Shown piece after piece: positions 38,348 through 49,950 of a stretch of DNA of 64,000 nt; within the stretch, counting starts at the first letter, position 1; every line of letters begins with the position of its first letter. This DNA is from Octopus sinensis. Taxonomy: Eukaryota. Below the pieces are notes generated by a model. The model saw nothing but the letters and a program-made list of their open reading frames with translations, had not been told where the DNA came from and made no database searches. The position numbers were made by a program, and so were the translations under genes. The DNA lies in NCBI RefSeq assembly GCF_006345805.1, contig NC_043011.1:22332464-22396463 (forward strand), given 5' to 3'.

Positions 38348-38390
38348 CGTCTTCATAGTTCATCGTCCTTACACTTCGATGTCGTGCCAT
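38348..38390 (-). CDS. HBS1L: HBS1-like protein, coding exon 1 (MARHRSVRTMNYED + G)
   Basis: ATG at 38390. The translation matches the Hbs1 N-terminal signature MxRHRNVR. It ends G|GTAAGT (phase 1 donor). Confidence 0.95.
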
Positions 38391-39000
38391 TTCGATTTTA
38401 ATGTCTCAGTGTGAATATTTTCAATAGGAATTCAAAGAAAGATTAATTTCATTCGGAACAATGCTAACTACAACTCATGAAAATCGCGACATCTCGACGA
38501 AAACTGCAAAGCTAGTAAATGTTAGTTTCGAACTATATCAATCGTTAATTTAAACCAATTATATTTCGTTAATTTCTTTTCTGAATGTTAATATAATTTT
38601 TTTTTAAATGTTCCTTATTATTTTCGCGACTATTAATCAGAAAAAAATTCAAAATTATAAATAATTTTTGAAAACTACTTAAACGCTCTCGCCTCCCTTC
38701 GTTAATTGTAATAGAAGTGAGTTGTAGTGTGAGTACGAATTAAAGTAACAAAAGATCAAAGTATGTTTGTTGTCAGTGACGTGGATACTTAATAAACGGA
38801 CAGCTGATAGATTTTACTGATTTTTTTCCCCCCGACGCCACAATAGTCTCTTTCATTAACTATTACCGCGTGTAATATGAAAGTATAGTTAGCTTTCCAT
38901 TCAAGACCACATTTGATATCCGGTTATAATCATTTGTTTTATTTACGTCACTAATGGAAATGCCTATAGTTGTCACGCCTTTCATTTGTCTTATTCTGAA
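38391..39000 (-). promoter_or_regulatory. Probable HBS1L 5' UTR and promoter
   Basis: Unique, repeat-free sequence directly upstream of the ATG that retains CpG. It has two TCGCGA sites (about 38484 and 38625) and TGACGT half-CRE sites (about 38777 and 38945). The TSS is not determinable from sequence. Confidence 0.5.
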
Positions 39001-39136
39001 AATGAATTTGTTCAGATAGGCGACTAATATTCATGTGCAACTTGTGCGTAGTTGGGTCATCAACAGTCAAACAGGAAATCTCACCAAAATTCGAATATCT
39101 TACAGGATGAATATCGAAGCCTGAGAAAGATATTTT

Positions 39137-39960
39137 TTATATGATTTGTCCCAAACAAAGCTTGAAACCACTGTAACACAAGGGACTGAAAAGAAGAGGC
39201 CGATGCATTTCAAAGGCTGTCAATTGACAGAAAGCTAAAAACAGGTAGACCAGAGGAAAATAAGGGGCTGATAGTGAATTCCAGAGAACAGCAGTTTGAG
39301 GAAAGAAACTATTGTCATAAAAGGGCTTCTGATTAACTGGAAATTCAACAGTGAAATAAACAATGCACATAGGCAGAGAAGCAAATGACATTTTAAAGGT
39401 CTTGACAGAGGGTACTTGATCAGAAAGCTCATCAGAGCAATGACCATGGAAATATGTATAGAAAAGACAATGAAAATACGTTTAGTGAGTCACAGACTCC
39501 AATCTAGTGGATAGAAAAGGACTCATCATGTTAATTTGATTTTGAATTTGATCAAGCAAGTTAAGACTCTCAAAGGGGGGCATCAACCCAAAGATGACAG
39601 CAATATTCAATGCAAAGTTGAATGGTGGCCCTATAGAGATACAAGGTACTCTCAGGTGTATGAAATTTTCAAGCACAGAAGAGAGATCCAACCTTTTTGG
39701 TGACTGCCATAGTAATGGACTGAACATATTTGTTCCAAGTCAAACCAAGAAGATGGATACTATAGCTTTTTGAAAGATCAACATTACCCATATCAACAGA
39801 GGGAGGGAATGACTACCTATAAGGATTAATTAACAAAAGCTTTATCTTGCTAGTGTTGTTACCAACCAGTCATTATCCCACTCCATGACGATGTAAAGAT
39901 CATCTTCAAGAAAGGCAGCTTCCTGAAGGCTATTGGTTTAGATAGTTTAGTCATGATAGG
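39137..39960 (-). mobile_element. CR1/L2-like LINE 3' fragment
   Basis: Track ORFs on the minus strand include YDNSFFPQTAVLWNSL, the C-terminal motif of CR1/L2-type ORF2. Confidence 0.75.
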
Positions 39961-41929
39961 AGCAAACAGTGGTATACATTATGTTCCATAATTAACTAAA
40001 GTTGCAATAATTATATCAAAATATATTTTACAAAATATATATATAATTTTACAAAATATATACAGCTAAATACAACATTTAGAGAGGAAAACAGTGTATA
40101 CCATATTCCAAAATTAACTGCAACTACAAGTACTCAAAATTCAAAAAAATAGTACATGATGCTTTCCACTCTTCATTGTGAATGGCCAATTCTTTTTGAA
40201 CCATTTTCAGGAATATATGTAGAAGGGTAGCTGCATCCTTTGTTTTGACACTTTCCATATAGTTAACTGAAGGACTTCTGTTTATATTGTCAATACTCAG
40301 AACTCAAATAGCAGAGTGTGGTACACATCCATGATGATGCTTCAGCTTATAGGATAAGCAAAATTCATTAATTTCTAGTGTTCTCAGGTCTGAATTTTGA
40401 TTGTATTTACGTTCAAGTACCCCAAGTGACTTCTCTAAAAAAAGCTGTTTCAGTCTATTGTTATTTTCTCAGTAAAGTTTCACCTGAAATGTTGGAACTA
40501 GCCAAAAAATATCCTATTCTTATAGACTTAGTGGAGTTATACCTCAGACAGTGTTTTGCTTGGCATTTCTACAGAAAAACTACCCTTCAGTCTGGTGTAC
40601 TTTGTTTAATTCATCCAGTTATTACAAGTACCATGCTTCATTTCATGCTTTAAAAATCTGTTTTGTAGAAGCCACTGAATAATGAGGAATCATCACACAG
40701 CAGTTTGGAAGATATTGCTTGCCATGGTCAGATGAAGATTGTAAATAAAAATTTTTGAGCTGAGTAAATGTGTCAATGTTCTGATCTTACCTTGAGCCAC
40801 CTGAAAATCTTCACCTCCAAGTGTTACCACCTAGAGATGCATCAGTCAGGATAACCAACTAGAAAAATCATCACCCTGTTTTTATTATTGTTCATGAAAA
40901 TTAAAGGGATCACAGTGGATCCACAAAATACACACAAGATAAAATGACAGCAGTAAATTAAATAGCAAAAAGTTTACTTGAATAATATTTGCATATGTTG
41001 TTTATAATAATTGGCAGAGTTCATTGCATTAAATGGTCATTTATGAATTCATCTGTCATAATGAAATGATCAGTTAGATCATTTGGATGTGACAATCATG
41101 TTATCACATATTTAGAAAAAAATTAACATGAAACAAATATTTTAGATATGTGGTACAAACGAAATGATTTGTATGTGTGTGTGTGTGTGTGTGTGAATAA
41201 GAAGGCTGTGTTGCATTGATTTGCCCTACAACTATTCAACTGTGTTGAATTGATAAAAGCTGCTTTTTTAAGATTTTAACTAAGCTCACATGAAACTACA
41301 TGGATAAAAGAATGTGCCAAAAATAAGAAAATTTGATTATGTGACATTAGTTAAGTAAACCAATCACATATTATTTCTGTAAAAGCATTTTGTACCAAAA
41401 GAAAATGATGTGATCATTGCAAATAGTCAAGAATATGAGTCAATCACAATGTTCCTAAAAGTTTGCTGCTGCATCTGCTAAAAATCACATGAAATGATGT
41501 TGAAAGATCAAAAGTATAGCAGATCAGTCACCGATAGGATTTATGAAAGGCTGAATTGATTGTCCCTACTCCAAAAAGCCATGAAAAATTAACTCATATG
41601 CAAGAAATTGAGCCTTTATTTGGTTCAGTGGAATGTTAGAATGTTAGCTGACAGATAAGAAGAGTGATCAACCAGAAAAGAGAACCACCCTTTCTGCAAT
41701 GGAATTGGAAGGATACAGCATCAATATAGCTGTTCCTTGAAGCATAAGACAACCAGAATATGACAATAATATGCATAGAGGATTCACATTCTTTTGAAGT
41801 AGGAAACCAGCAAAGCAGAGACATGTGTAGGGTTAGCTTTGTCATTACAAAAAAAAATTATTAATATTTGCCAAATTAGACTAAAGATCAATGACTGGAT
41901 AATGTATTTGAGAGTTCCTTTTAGAAAGG

Positions 41930-44900
41930 ATGTTATATCACTTTGATCAGTGTTAGATGCTCTTATAATGGTCAACCCTGATGGTATGAAAGCTGTGAAT
42001 GAACATATGTACTGTACCCCAGACAGACAAGTTGATAATGGGTATTTTCAATGCCTGTATTGGACAAAATGCAGAGAAGTGGCCTGATGTTATTGGTAAA
42101 CATGTGGAAAGATACAACTCAAATGGGAAACTTTTCATTTTGTGTCCCAAGCAGGAACTCATCATTATCAACATTTTCAAATAAAAAGAAGAATGAAAAG
42201 TGATCTGGACGCCTTCATGCCCAAAGCATTGGTATCTCTTAGATCAGTAGTGCCCAAACCTGTTTTGACATGAAATTCATTACATGATTTCTCAAAAATC
42301 CTTGAAACTCTATCAATATTTCACAGATTAAACCCACCCTCCTTTTTTAAATAAGACATTGAATGAAACACAAATTGTTGTAAAGAGAATTTATATAATA
42401 AAACACACACACACACACACATGATAACTTATTTTGGAAATAGAGAATAGCATTTGTTTGATAAAAAAAATGATTAAAGTTTATTAAAAGTCACCTTATC
42501 TTGCAAAACTCCAGAATATTTTCCATGGAACTTACTTTGGGAAACACTATCTTAGTCTGCATCCTAATTAGGTAGAAAGAAAGAGATGTATTGATTACAT
42601 TGGTGATGGGAGGGGGAAAACTGTAACACAGACCACAAAGTGCCTCCGTTAAAGAAAGCCTTCCCAGTAATCTTGAAACAGAACAGACAAGGACTTCTAA
42701 GCCTATTAAACTGATGACATAACAGAGAGGAATGTAAAGGACATTCTGAAAGAGCAGCTTTGGAATCCTTGGAAATAACAATAGTGACCAAGTAGTATTT
42801 ATTATATGAATGCAAAATGGTCCTTGCTTCACATTATAGTATATGATATAGCTAAAGATGTGATTCGTAAAGCAAAAAGGAAATATCAAGTTAAGCTTGC
42901 TTGCAAGGATACCACCTTTGCTTTGTTGCTAGAACAATGCAGCAAAGTTTCCAGAAATATCTTCAGGCTCTCAATACTCTATCAAGCTCTACTAGATTCA
43001 GAGAAGCCAAGAGGAGATTACAACAGTACATCCAGACAATGAAGGTGAAGTGATTGGAAAACAATGTGACTGAGTTGCAATCCATAGGGCTGATTTTAAT
43101 GATATGCACAGCTTTTATACTGGATTGAAGGGTGTATTCAGACTTAGAAAAAAGGGACACTCATCTGTAGCAAGTTGGTGGATCAACAATATTACAGGAA
43201 GAAAGACAAATACTTGACTGTTTGCAAAGTACTTAGAGCAATTGCTCAGAATACGACTGTTGGGAAACTTTATTGACAGTGAAGAGGTGTTGATTGAAAT
43301 GAGATCATTTTCAGAAAGATAGAAAATCTAAAGAAAACCTATCAGCAGAATTGTGGAAAGAATGGAGACAATTTCATTACTTATTTCCATCAGGAAGGCT
43401 GTTGATGTCCCACAATGCATAAAACTTGTTGGTTTCATATTCCAGAATGGCGACAGGAACGAGAGTCAGAGAAGTACTTGCCTGAGAATTGTTCATCCAA
43501 CTGAATGAGAAAATTATCTGAAATTCAACATGGGATTGAGAAAGGAAAGAAGCACCATGGATATGGTGTTCTGCCTATGACGGATCCAGAAGAAATATGT
43601 AGAATATAACAAAAGCTTCCATCCAGTTTTCATCAACTTCATAAAGAACACAGTAAATGATTGAATCCATGGCTGATACTCAGAAGTATGAAGGTTCAAG
43701 CCATACATATGAACTCTAGTACTGAATTGTTCGATGATGCAGTAGGAGTCAAGCAGGGCTATATGTTAGCACTAATGTTATTCTCATTGACAGTGATACA
43801 GTTCTTTATTTAAGAGATGAGGAGTTATTTACATTCGACGGATATTTGTCCTAATCTTGTTTGTTGTTAACACGTTTCGGCTGATATACCCTCCAGCCTT
43901 CCCCAAGACACCTGAAGAAAGCTGGAGGGTATATCAGCTGAAATACTGTGTTAACAACAAACAAGATGAGGATAAATATCCGTCGAATGTAAATAATATA
44001 GATAATGTACTGACAGTAATATTTTCTACTACTCAATTGAAGGTGTATATACAGACAAGACTAGACATTTACTTGTTTCATATGTCACATCTCCTAACTG
44101 GAGCAAGTCCAGTGAGAGAAATGTTCACTAATGACTTGCAAAAGATAAGCCCTGCATGTGTGTGAACATCATGCCATTTCCAAATCTTGTTCCTCATAAA
44201 TTTGAAGATATGTGCTTTTGAACAGGGACTGCTTGCAGCCAATGTTGACCTCCACAAAGCATTTGACTTGGTGGATAGGGATGTGCTTTGGATGATTCTG
44301 GAGCTGCAAGGTATATCTCCTCAACTGATTGGACTAATGGAGACCTTGCACACTAGAACAGTCTCCGTGGTTCAGATTGGGGGCTCAACATCTGACTTTT
44401 TCTCAGTCAGATCTGGGGGTCCATCAGAGTTGTGTCTTGGCTCCCACTCTGTTCAATGCCTGCATGGATTGGATACTTGGCCAAATAGTGGTTCAGATGA
44501 GTTGTGGTGAACTCATTAGTGAATCTAGGATTACCGACTTAGATTTTGCTGATGATGCAGTAATTCTTTCTGAGAGTTCCTGGATGTCTTAAGGAGTGCC
44601 CTCCTTTCATTGAATGAGAAAGTGGAACTACTTGGCTTTAAACTTTCTTGAATCAAGACAAAGATTCAGTCCTTCATTGGCTTCTTGGAGAACTCTACCT
44701 TGTCTGTCTGTGTTGCATGTGAGAATGTCGAAGTTGTTGACTACTTCACTTATCTTGGCAGTGAGGTCTCTGGTCCTCCCTATTCTGCTCTATAATTATG
44801 GGACTTGGATAGTCTGGGGCCCTTAGAAGCTGCCTAAAATCATTTAGTACCAGGATGTTTCATAGGATTATGGGCTATCATTAGTTGAATTTTGTATCTA

Positions 44901-45200
44901 AACAACAATTCTATTCAGAAATTGGGATGCATCCTATATGATTCAGGAGTGTCAGCTGAGATTGTTTGGTCATGTTGCTTGATTTTCTGAGTTGGCCCTG
45001 CTTACTGTGTTCTCTTCTCTAAGGATCTGGCTGGGTTGATGGCTCATGTTGATCAACTACGTGCTACATGGTCACAGCAGATGAACAGGTATCTCGTGGA
45101 GATGGGGACTAACTGGGACTCTGCTTGATGGGCTGCATGGGAGGACCTGGGAATACTGCAACAATAGTGAATGCAGCAACACACTGCAATAGTGCATGCC
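41930..45200 (+). mobile_element. Long decayed or composite RTE-clade LINE (endonuclease + RT), interrupted by a PLE-derived inverted repeat
   Basis: NSNGKLFILCPKQELIIINIF (APE C-terminus), VDLHKAFDLVDRDVLW, GVHQSCVLAPTLFNACMDWIL, TDLDFADDAVILSES; many frameshifts. A second RT fragment (GVKQG) near 43500-43790 suggests two copies. Confidence 0.85.
43797..44010. mobile_element. Penelope-like element terminal-repeat remnant in inverted (tail-to-tail) form
   Basis: Inverted arms of about 77 bp (43825-43901 and about 43915-43996) with a CTGAAGA..GAAA hammerhead-like core. Confidence 0.6.
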
Positions 45201-46500
45201 CTTCCCCCACCTGACAAGACTTGATCTGTGCCTATGTCAGACATCAAAACCAATATTACTATTCTTATTGTATTTTCTAAAAACAATGTATTTTAACTTA
45301 AACACAGAAACTTCTGTAATGACCACAGGAATGATGAAATACTTTGATAATTTCTACTTTGCTAGAACCATTACTAATTCCATCAATTTATCCCATAACA
45401 AAACCAAAAATAGGAAAACATATATCCTTGTGTAATTTTCTATGTTTCTCTGTATATTCTGGTATACTTTTCACTAATGAGTCTGAAGATAATGGAGATG
45501 TCTCAGTAGACTTTACAGACTCTCTGAGACTGAAGTAAAGGGGTAGTTGAAGTTACAGTAGATAATGATATATTTGAAGCATTATCTATTTGAGGGTGGA
45601 AGAGGAAATTCCTGTACAGGAATAAGTTTGAAAGGGATGTGTTTCTAGAAAAAAATGGCTTAACCCTTTAGCATTCAGATTACTTTGTCAAATGTAATGC
45701 TTATATATTCACATTGTTTTGAGTTAATTATGCATTACCTTGAAACTTTCAAATTTTGATTATATGGTTGTTTATTTTTAGAATGACATTGTAGAGTAGG
45801 TGTAAGAGGCTGGATCTGGCTTATTTGAACATAAACTAGGTAAAATATTTGGGTCTAATATGGTTGTTTTAAATGCCAAAGAATCAAGATACATGTGTGA
45901 TATACAAGCCGGGTAACAGAATAACAAGCTAGGGCATTCAGTGACTTTTGGCAGAAGTTGTGTTCAGTTGTAGTATAAGCCTTGGGCAATCTTGATCAAG
46001 CAGATCTATGGTACAAAATTAGTTGGTTGAATAACTAGGTGTAATTTACAGCTCTACCACTGTAGATATAATAATTTTTTACAAAAGTACAAGACCGCAA
46101 AAAATCTGTGGAAGAAATTAGTTGAGCAAATTGACTCAGTCCTTGATTTCCTCTCCGCATCATCATCCCCATTTAATGTCTGTTCTCCATACTAGCACGG
46201 GTTGGATGGCTTGACAAGCTGGTATGGTCAGGGGCCACACCAGGTTCCATATTCTGTTTTGGTCTGCTTTCTATAGCTGGATGCCCTTCCTAATGACAAC
46301 CACTCCACAGAGTGTACTGTGTGCTTTTTATGTCATACTATCACCAGTGCTTTTTAAGTGGCACCAGCACCAGTTCTTTCTTTTTACTTCACTTTTGTAA
46401 ATCCTGGGAAAAAGTTGAATTTGACTTGATTTAAATTCAGAATAGAATGAACCAGGATAAATACTACAAGCCATTTGTCTGATGCTCTAATGATTCTACC

Positions 46501-46886
46501 GTGGAGGCGCAATGGCCCAGTGGTTAGGGCAGCGGATTCGCGGTCATAGGATCATGGTTTCGATTCCCAGACCGGGCATTGTGAGTGTTTATTGAGTGAA
46601 AACACCTAAAGCTCCACGAGGCTCTGGCAGGGATGGTGGTGATCCCTGCTGTACTCTTTCACCACAACTTTCTCTCACTCTTACTTCCTGTTTCTGTTAT
46701 ACCTGTATTTCAAAGGGCCGGCCTTGTCACTCTCTGTGTCACGCTGAATATCCCCGAGAACTACGTTAAGGGTACACGTGTCTGTGGAGTGCTCAGCCAC
46801 TTACACGTTAATTTCACGAGCAGGCTGTTCCGTTGATTCGGATCAACCGGAACCCTCATCGTCATAACCGATGGAGTGCTTCCACC
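46501..46886 (+). mobile_element. Young tRNA-derived SINE with 12-bp TSD
   Basis: tRNA-like head GGCGCAATGGCCCAGTGGTTAGGGC..GGTTTCGATTCCC; TSD AATGATTCTACC at 46489-46500 and 46887-46898; CpG-rich. Confidence 0.9.
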
Positions 46887-47117
46887 AATGATTCTACCAA
46901 CCACTACTCTCAGTGCATCAGATGGCTTTGTTGAGAACCACATGTTACACTCTAACACTCACCAGTCTGTTATATAAGCTGAGACAAATGAAAGCAGTGT
47001 ATAGTTTGCAGTTCAGAAAAGAAACAGCTGTGAAATATTCAGGGACAATTAATTACACTGAAGACATATTTATTTTTTTTTGTAAGAAATATCTTTTATG
47101 TTTTATTTGTTTTAGTT

Positions 47118-48895
47118 ATTACACTGTGGCCATGCTGGGGCACTGCTTTAAAGAATTTTAGTCAAACTTATTGACCCTAGTACATATTATTTTTTGTAAA
47201 GTCTGGCACTTAGTCTATTGGACTCCTTTGCTGAACTGCTAAGTTACAGGTATGTAAACACACCAATACTGGTTGCCAAGCAGAGGTGGGGGACAAACAC
47301 ATACATAAAGACACACAAATAGAACAGGCTTCTTTCAGTTTCCGTCTACCAAATCTACCCACAAGGCTTTGGTTGGCCTGAGGTTATAGTAGAAAACATT
47401 TATCCAAGGTGCTGTGCAGTGGGACTGAACCATCAACCATGTGGTTGGGAAGAAAACTTCTTACCACACAGCCATACTTGCACTTGTGTAGGTTATACAT
47501 GGAATTAACAGCTATTCAGATCTGAAAAGAAAACCCTTTATATGATGTATCCTTGGCTATGTTAAGAATGTGAAAGGTTATCAGAGATAGTATGTAAGGT
47601 TTAGCAGTATGTTGTTTGTAAGTAGTTAGATTGTTACCCTACTGCCTTGATCTATGTTTCGTATCTGTGTGTATACACACACTTGGTTCTATACAAGAAA
47701 TGGCATCCAGCCATTTCCAACAGACAAATGGTAATTCACTCAGTATATTAACAGAATTAATCTACCTCATTCATGTACTGTATGTGTTTGGGGAAGTGCC
47801 AAACAGTGCATGGCAATTTTGTTTAACTTCTGTTTTCTTGTCAGGAGTAGTCAAACTAAGTGATGATGGCCATGATAATAATAATGCTTTTGTTTTCTAT
47901 TAAAATAGGCACAGGCGTGGCTGTGTGGCAAGAAGCTTGCTTCTTTATCACATGGTTCTGGGTTCAGTTCCACTGTGTGGCACCTTGAGCAAGTGTCTTC
48001 TATTATAGTCTCAGGCTGATCAAAGCCTTGTGGGTGGATCTGGTAGATGGAAATAGAAAGAAGCCTGTTGTCTATATATGTGTGTGTGTGTGTTTGAGTT
48101 CTGTGTTTGTCCCTCCTACCATCGCTTGACAACTGGTATTGGTATATTTATATCCCCATTACTTAGTGGTTTGGCAAAAGAGACCGAGAGAATAAATACT
48201 AGGCTTAACAAAAGAAAATAAGTACAGGGGTTGATTCATTCGACTAAAAATTCTTCGAGGTGGTGCCCCAGATGGCCATAGTATAATGACTGAAAAGGAT
48301 GAAGGATGTATTAGACTTATTAGTCTTTAGTGATTTTTCTCACTATTTTCTATTTTCTTCTGTATATATCACCAATAAGGTAGAAACTGAAGGTTTGAAG
48401 GACACAGATTTTGTTAAGCTTCTGTTTGAAATAATCATCTTGACCTTTTTGAATACAATGGTATAAGTAAAGAGAGTCTCGTGGGTCTTTGCACCAAATT
48501 TTGATGTAACCATAAACTCATTGGTACAGGCATGGCTGTGTGGTTAAGAAGCTTGCTTTGCAAACATATGATTCTGAGTTCAGTTCCATTATGCAGCATC
48601 ATGAGCAAGTGTCTTCTACTCCAGCCGGGGCCAGCCAATGCCTTGTAAGTAAATTTGGTTGACAGAAACTGTCATTGTTTTTTTTTTACTCCAAACTGTG
48701 TGGAAGCCTATTGTATATGTGTGTCTTTGTGTTTGTGCTCTCCACAGCATCACAAACAGTGTTGGTTTGTTTATGTTCCGGTAACTTTGCAGTTTAGCAA
48801 TACTTTAAGGAAATATGTACTGGGATTGATTTGTTTGACTAAACCTTCCAAGGCAGTGCCTCAACATGACTGCAGTCCAATGACTGAACCAAGCA
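47118..48895. mobile_element. Cluster of three dominant-family SINEs (47118-47490 minus; 47907-48295 plus; 48525-48895 plus)
   Basis: Each shows the family head, core and tail. Confidence 0.75.
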
Positions 48896-49169
48896 AAGTA
48901 TATTTATCTACACACCAACTTTAAATGCTGCTTCCTGACACTCAAAGAAATTGAGCTCTTCAGGGTTTAGCAAAAAGAGTGACAGGCTTAGGAAGTCTTT
49001 CAGTTCCTAAGTATTTCAGAGGATCCCTTGCATTGGCAAATGATCATCAGCTGGGGCAAAGAGAATAGGCAGGGATTTCAAATTCTCTACACTCAAAATA
49101 CTTGATTAGACTAATTAACCCTTTTAAAATGGTTGATGTAAATTTATGCACGCAATGTACATGCTTTAA

Positions 49170-49389
49170 CCCTTAAGCATTCAGATTATTCTGTCAAATG
49201 TAAAGCTTATTTATTCACACCATGTAAAATTAGTCTTGCATTATTTCATGGCTTTGAGATTTCAATGATGTGATTGTTTATTTTTAAAATGACATAATAA
49301 GGTAGCTATGAATGACCATATATGACTAGTTTGAACATAAAATAGGTAGAATATTTTGGCCGGAAATGGCCGGTTTAAACACTGAAGGG
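49170..49389. mobile_element. piggyBac-type MITE with TTAA TSD
   Basis: TTAA|CCCTTAAGCATT...CACTGAAGGG|TTAA. The same family occurs at about 6200-6425, 30657-31168 and 45660-45880. Confidence 0.75.
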
Positions 49390-49726
49390 TTAAATCACAA
49401 TTATTGTTGCTGTACACAGGCAACCAAATGTATCACCACTGTAAACTGGTTAATTACTGATATCAGCATGACTTAGGTCATTTGTGAGTGATGGTTAAGC
49501 TATTAAACCCTTTTATTTACCATGTTTTTGTTGAAATACACAGCCTTAATTTCATATGGTTGGGAAGCAAACTACTGACTATGAAGGAATGATGCTAGAG
49601 ATGTGAAATCTTGCATGTATTAATTTCAACCCTTCTTATTAATAACTGTATTGGTTCTTTCCATGTAAACTGACATCTGACTGTGCAAAGATGCCTTTAA
49701 ATGTAACTATTAGCGACCTCTTGAAA

Positions 49727-49950
49727 ATGGACAAAATTTGGCATCATGGTGTTATCAAATACCTGCAGAAAAAAAAAGTCAAGCCCCCAAAGGCATTCAT
49801 ACTGACATGGTTGCTGCATTAAAAGATGCTTCAGCTTTATCGACAGTGCAAAAACGGGCAGCTGAATTTAGGAAGGAAGGTAAGGCAGAGTCTTGAAGAT
49901 GACCCAAAGTCTGGATGTCCTACAATTGCCACCACTGAGAAAAATATTGA
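49727..49950 (+). mobile_element. mariner transposase N-terminal remnant
   Basis: MDKIWHHGVIKYLQKK..IHTDMV..STVQKRAAEFR..SLEDDPKSG.P.IATTEKNI (HTH region), frameshifted. Confidence 0.75.

Noticed and set aside
45344-45660. Possible coding exon in unique-looking sequence
   Set aside because: No frame stays open between credible splice sites, and I recognise no protein.
46501-46580. tRNA gene
   Set aside because: The tRNA-like head runs into a SINE body with TSDs and has no complete cloverleaf or acceptor stem. The same applies to the other SINE heads.
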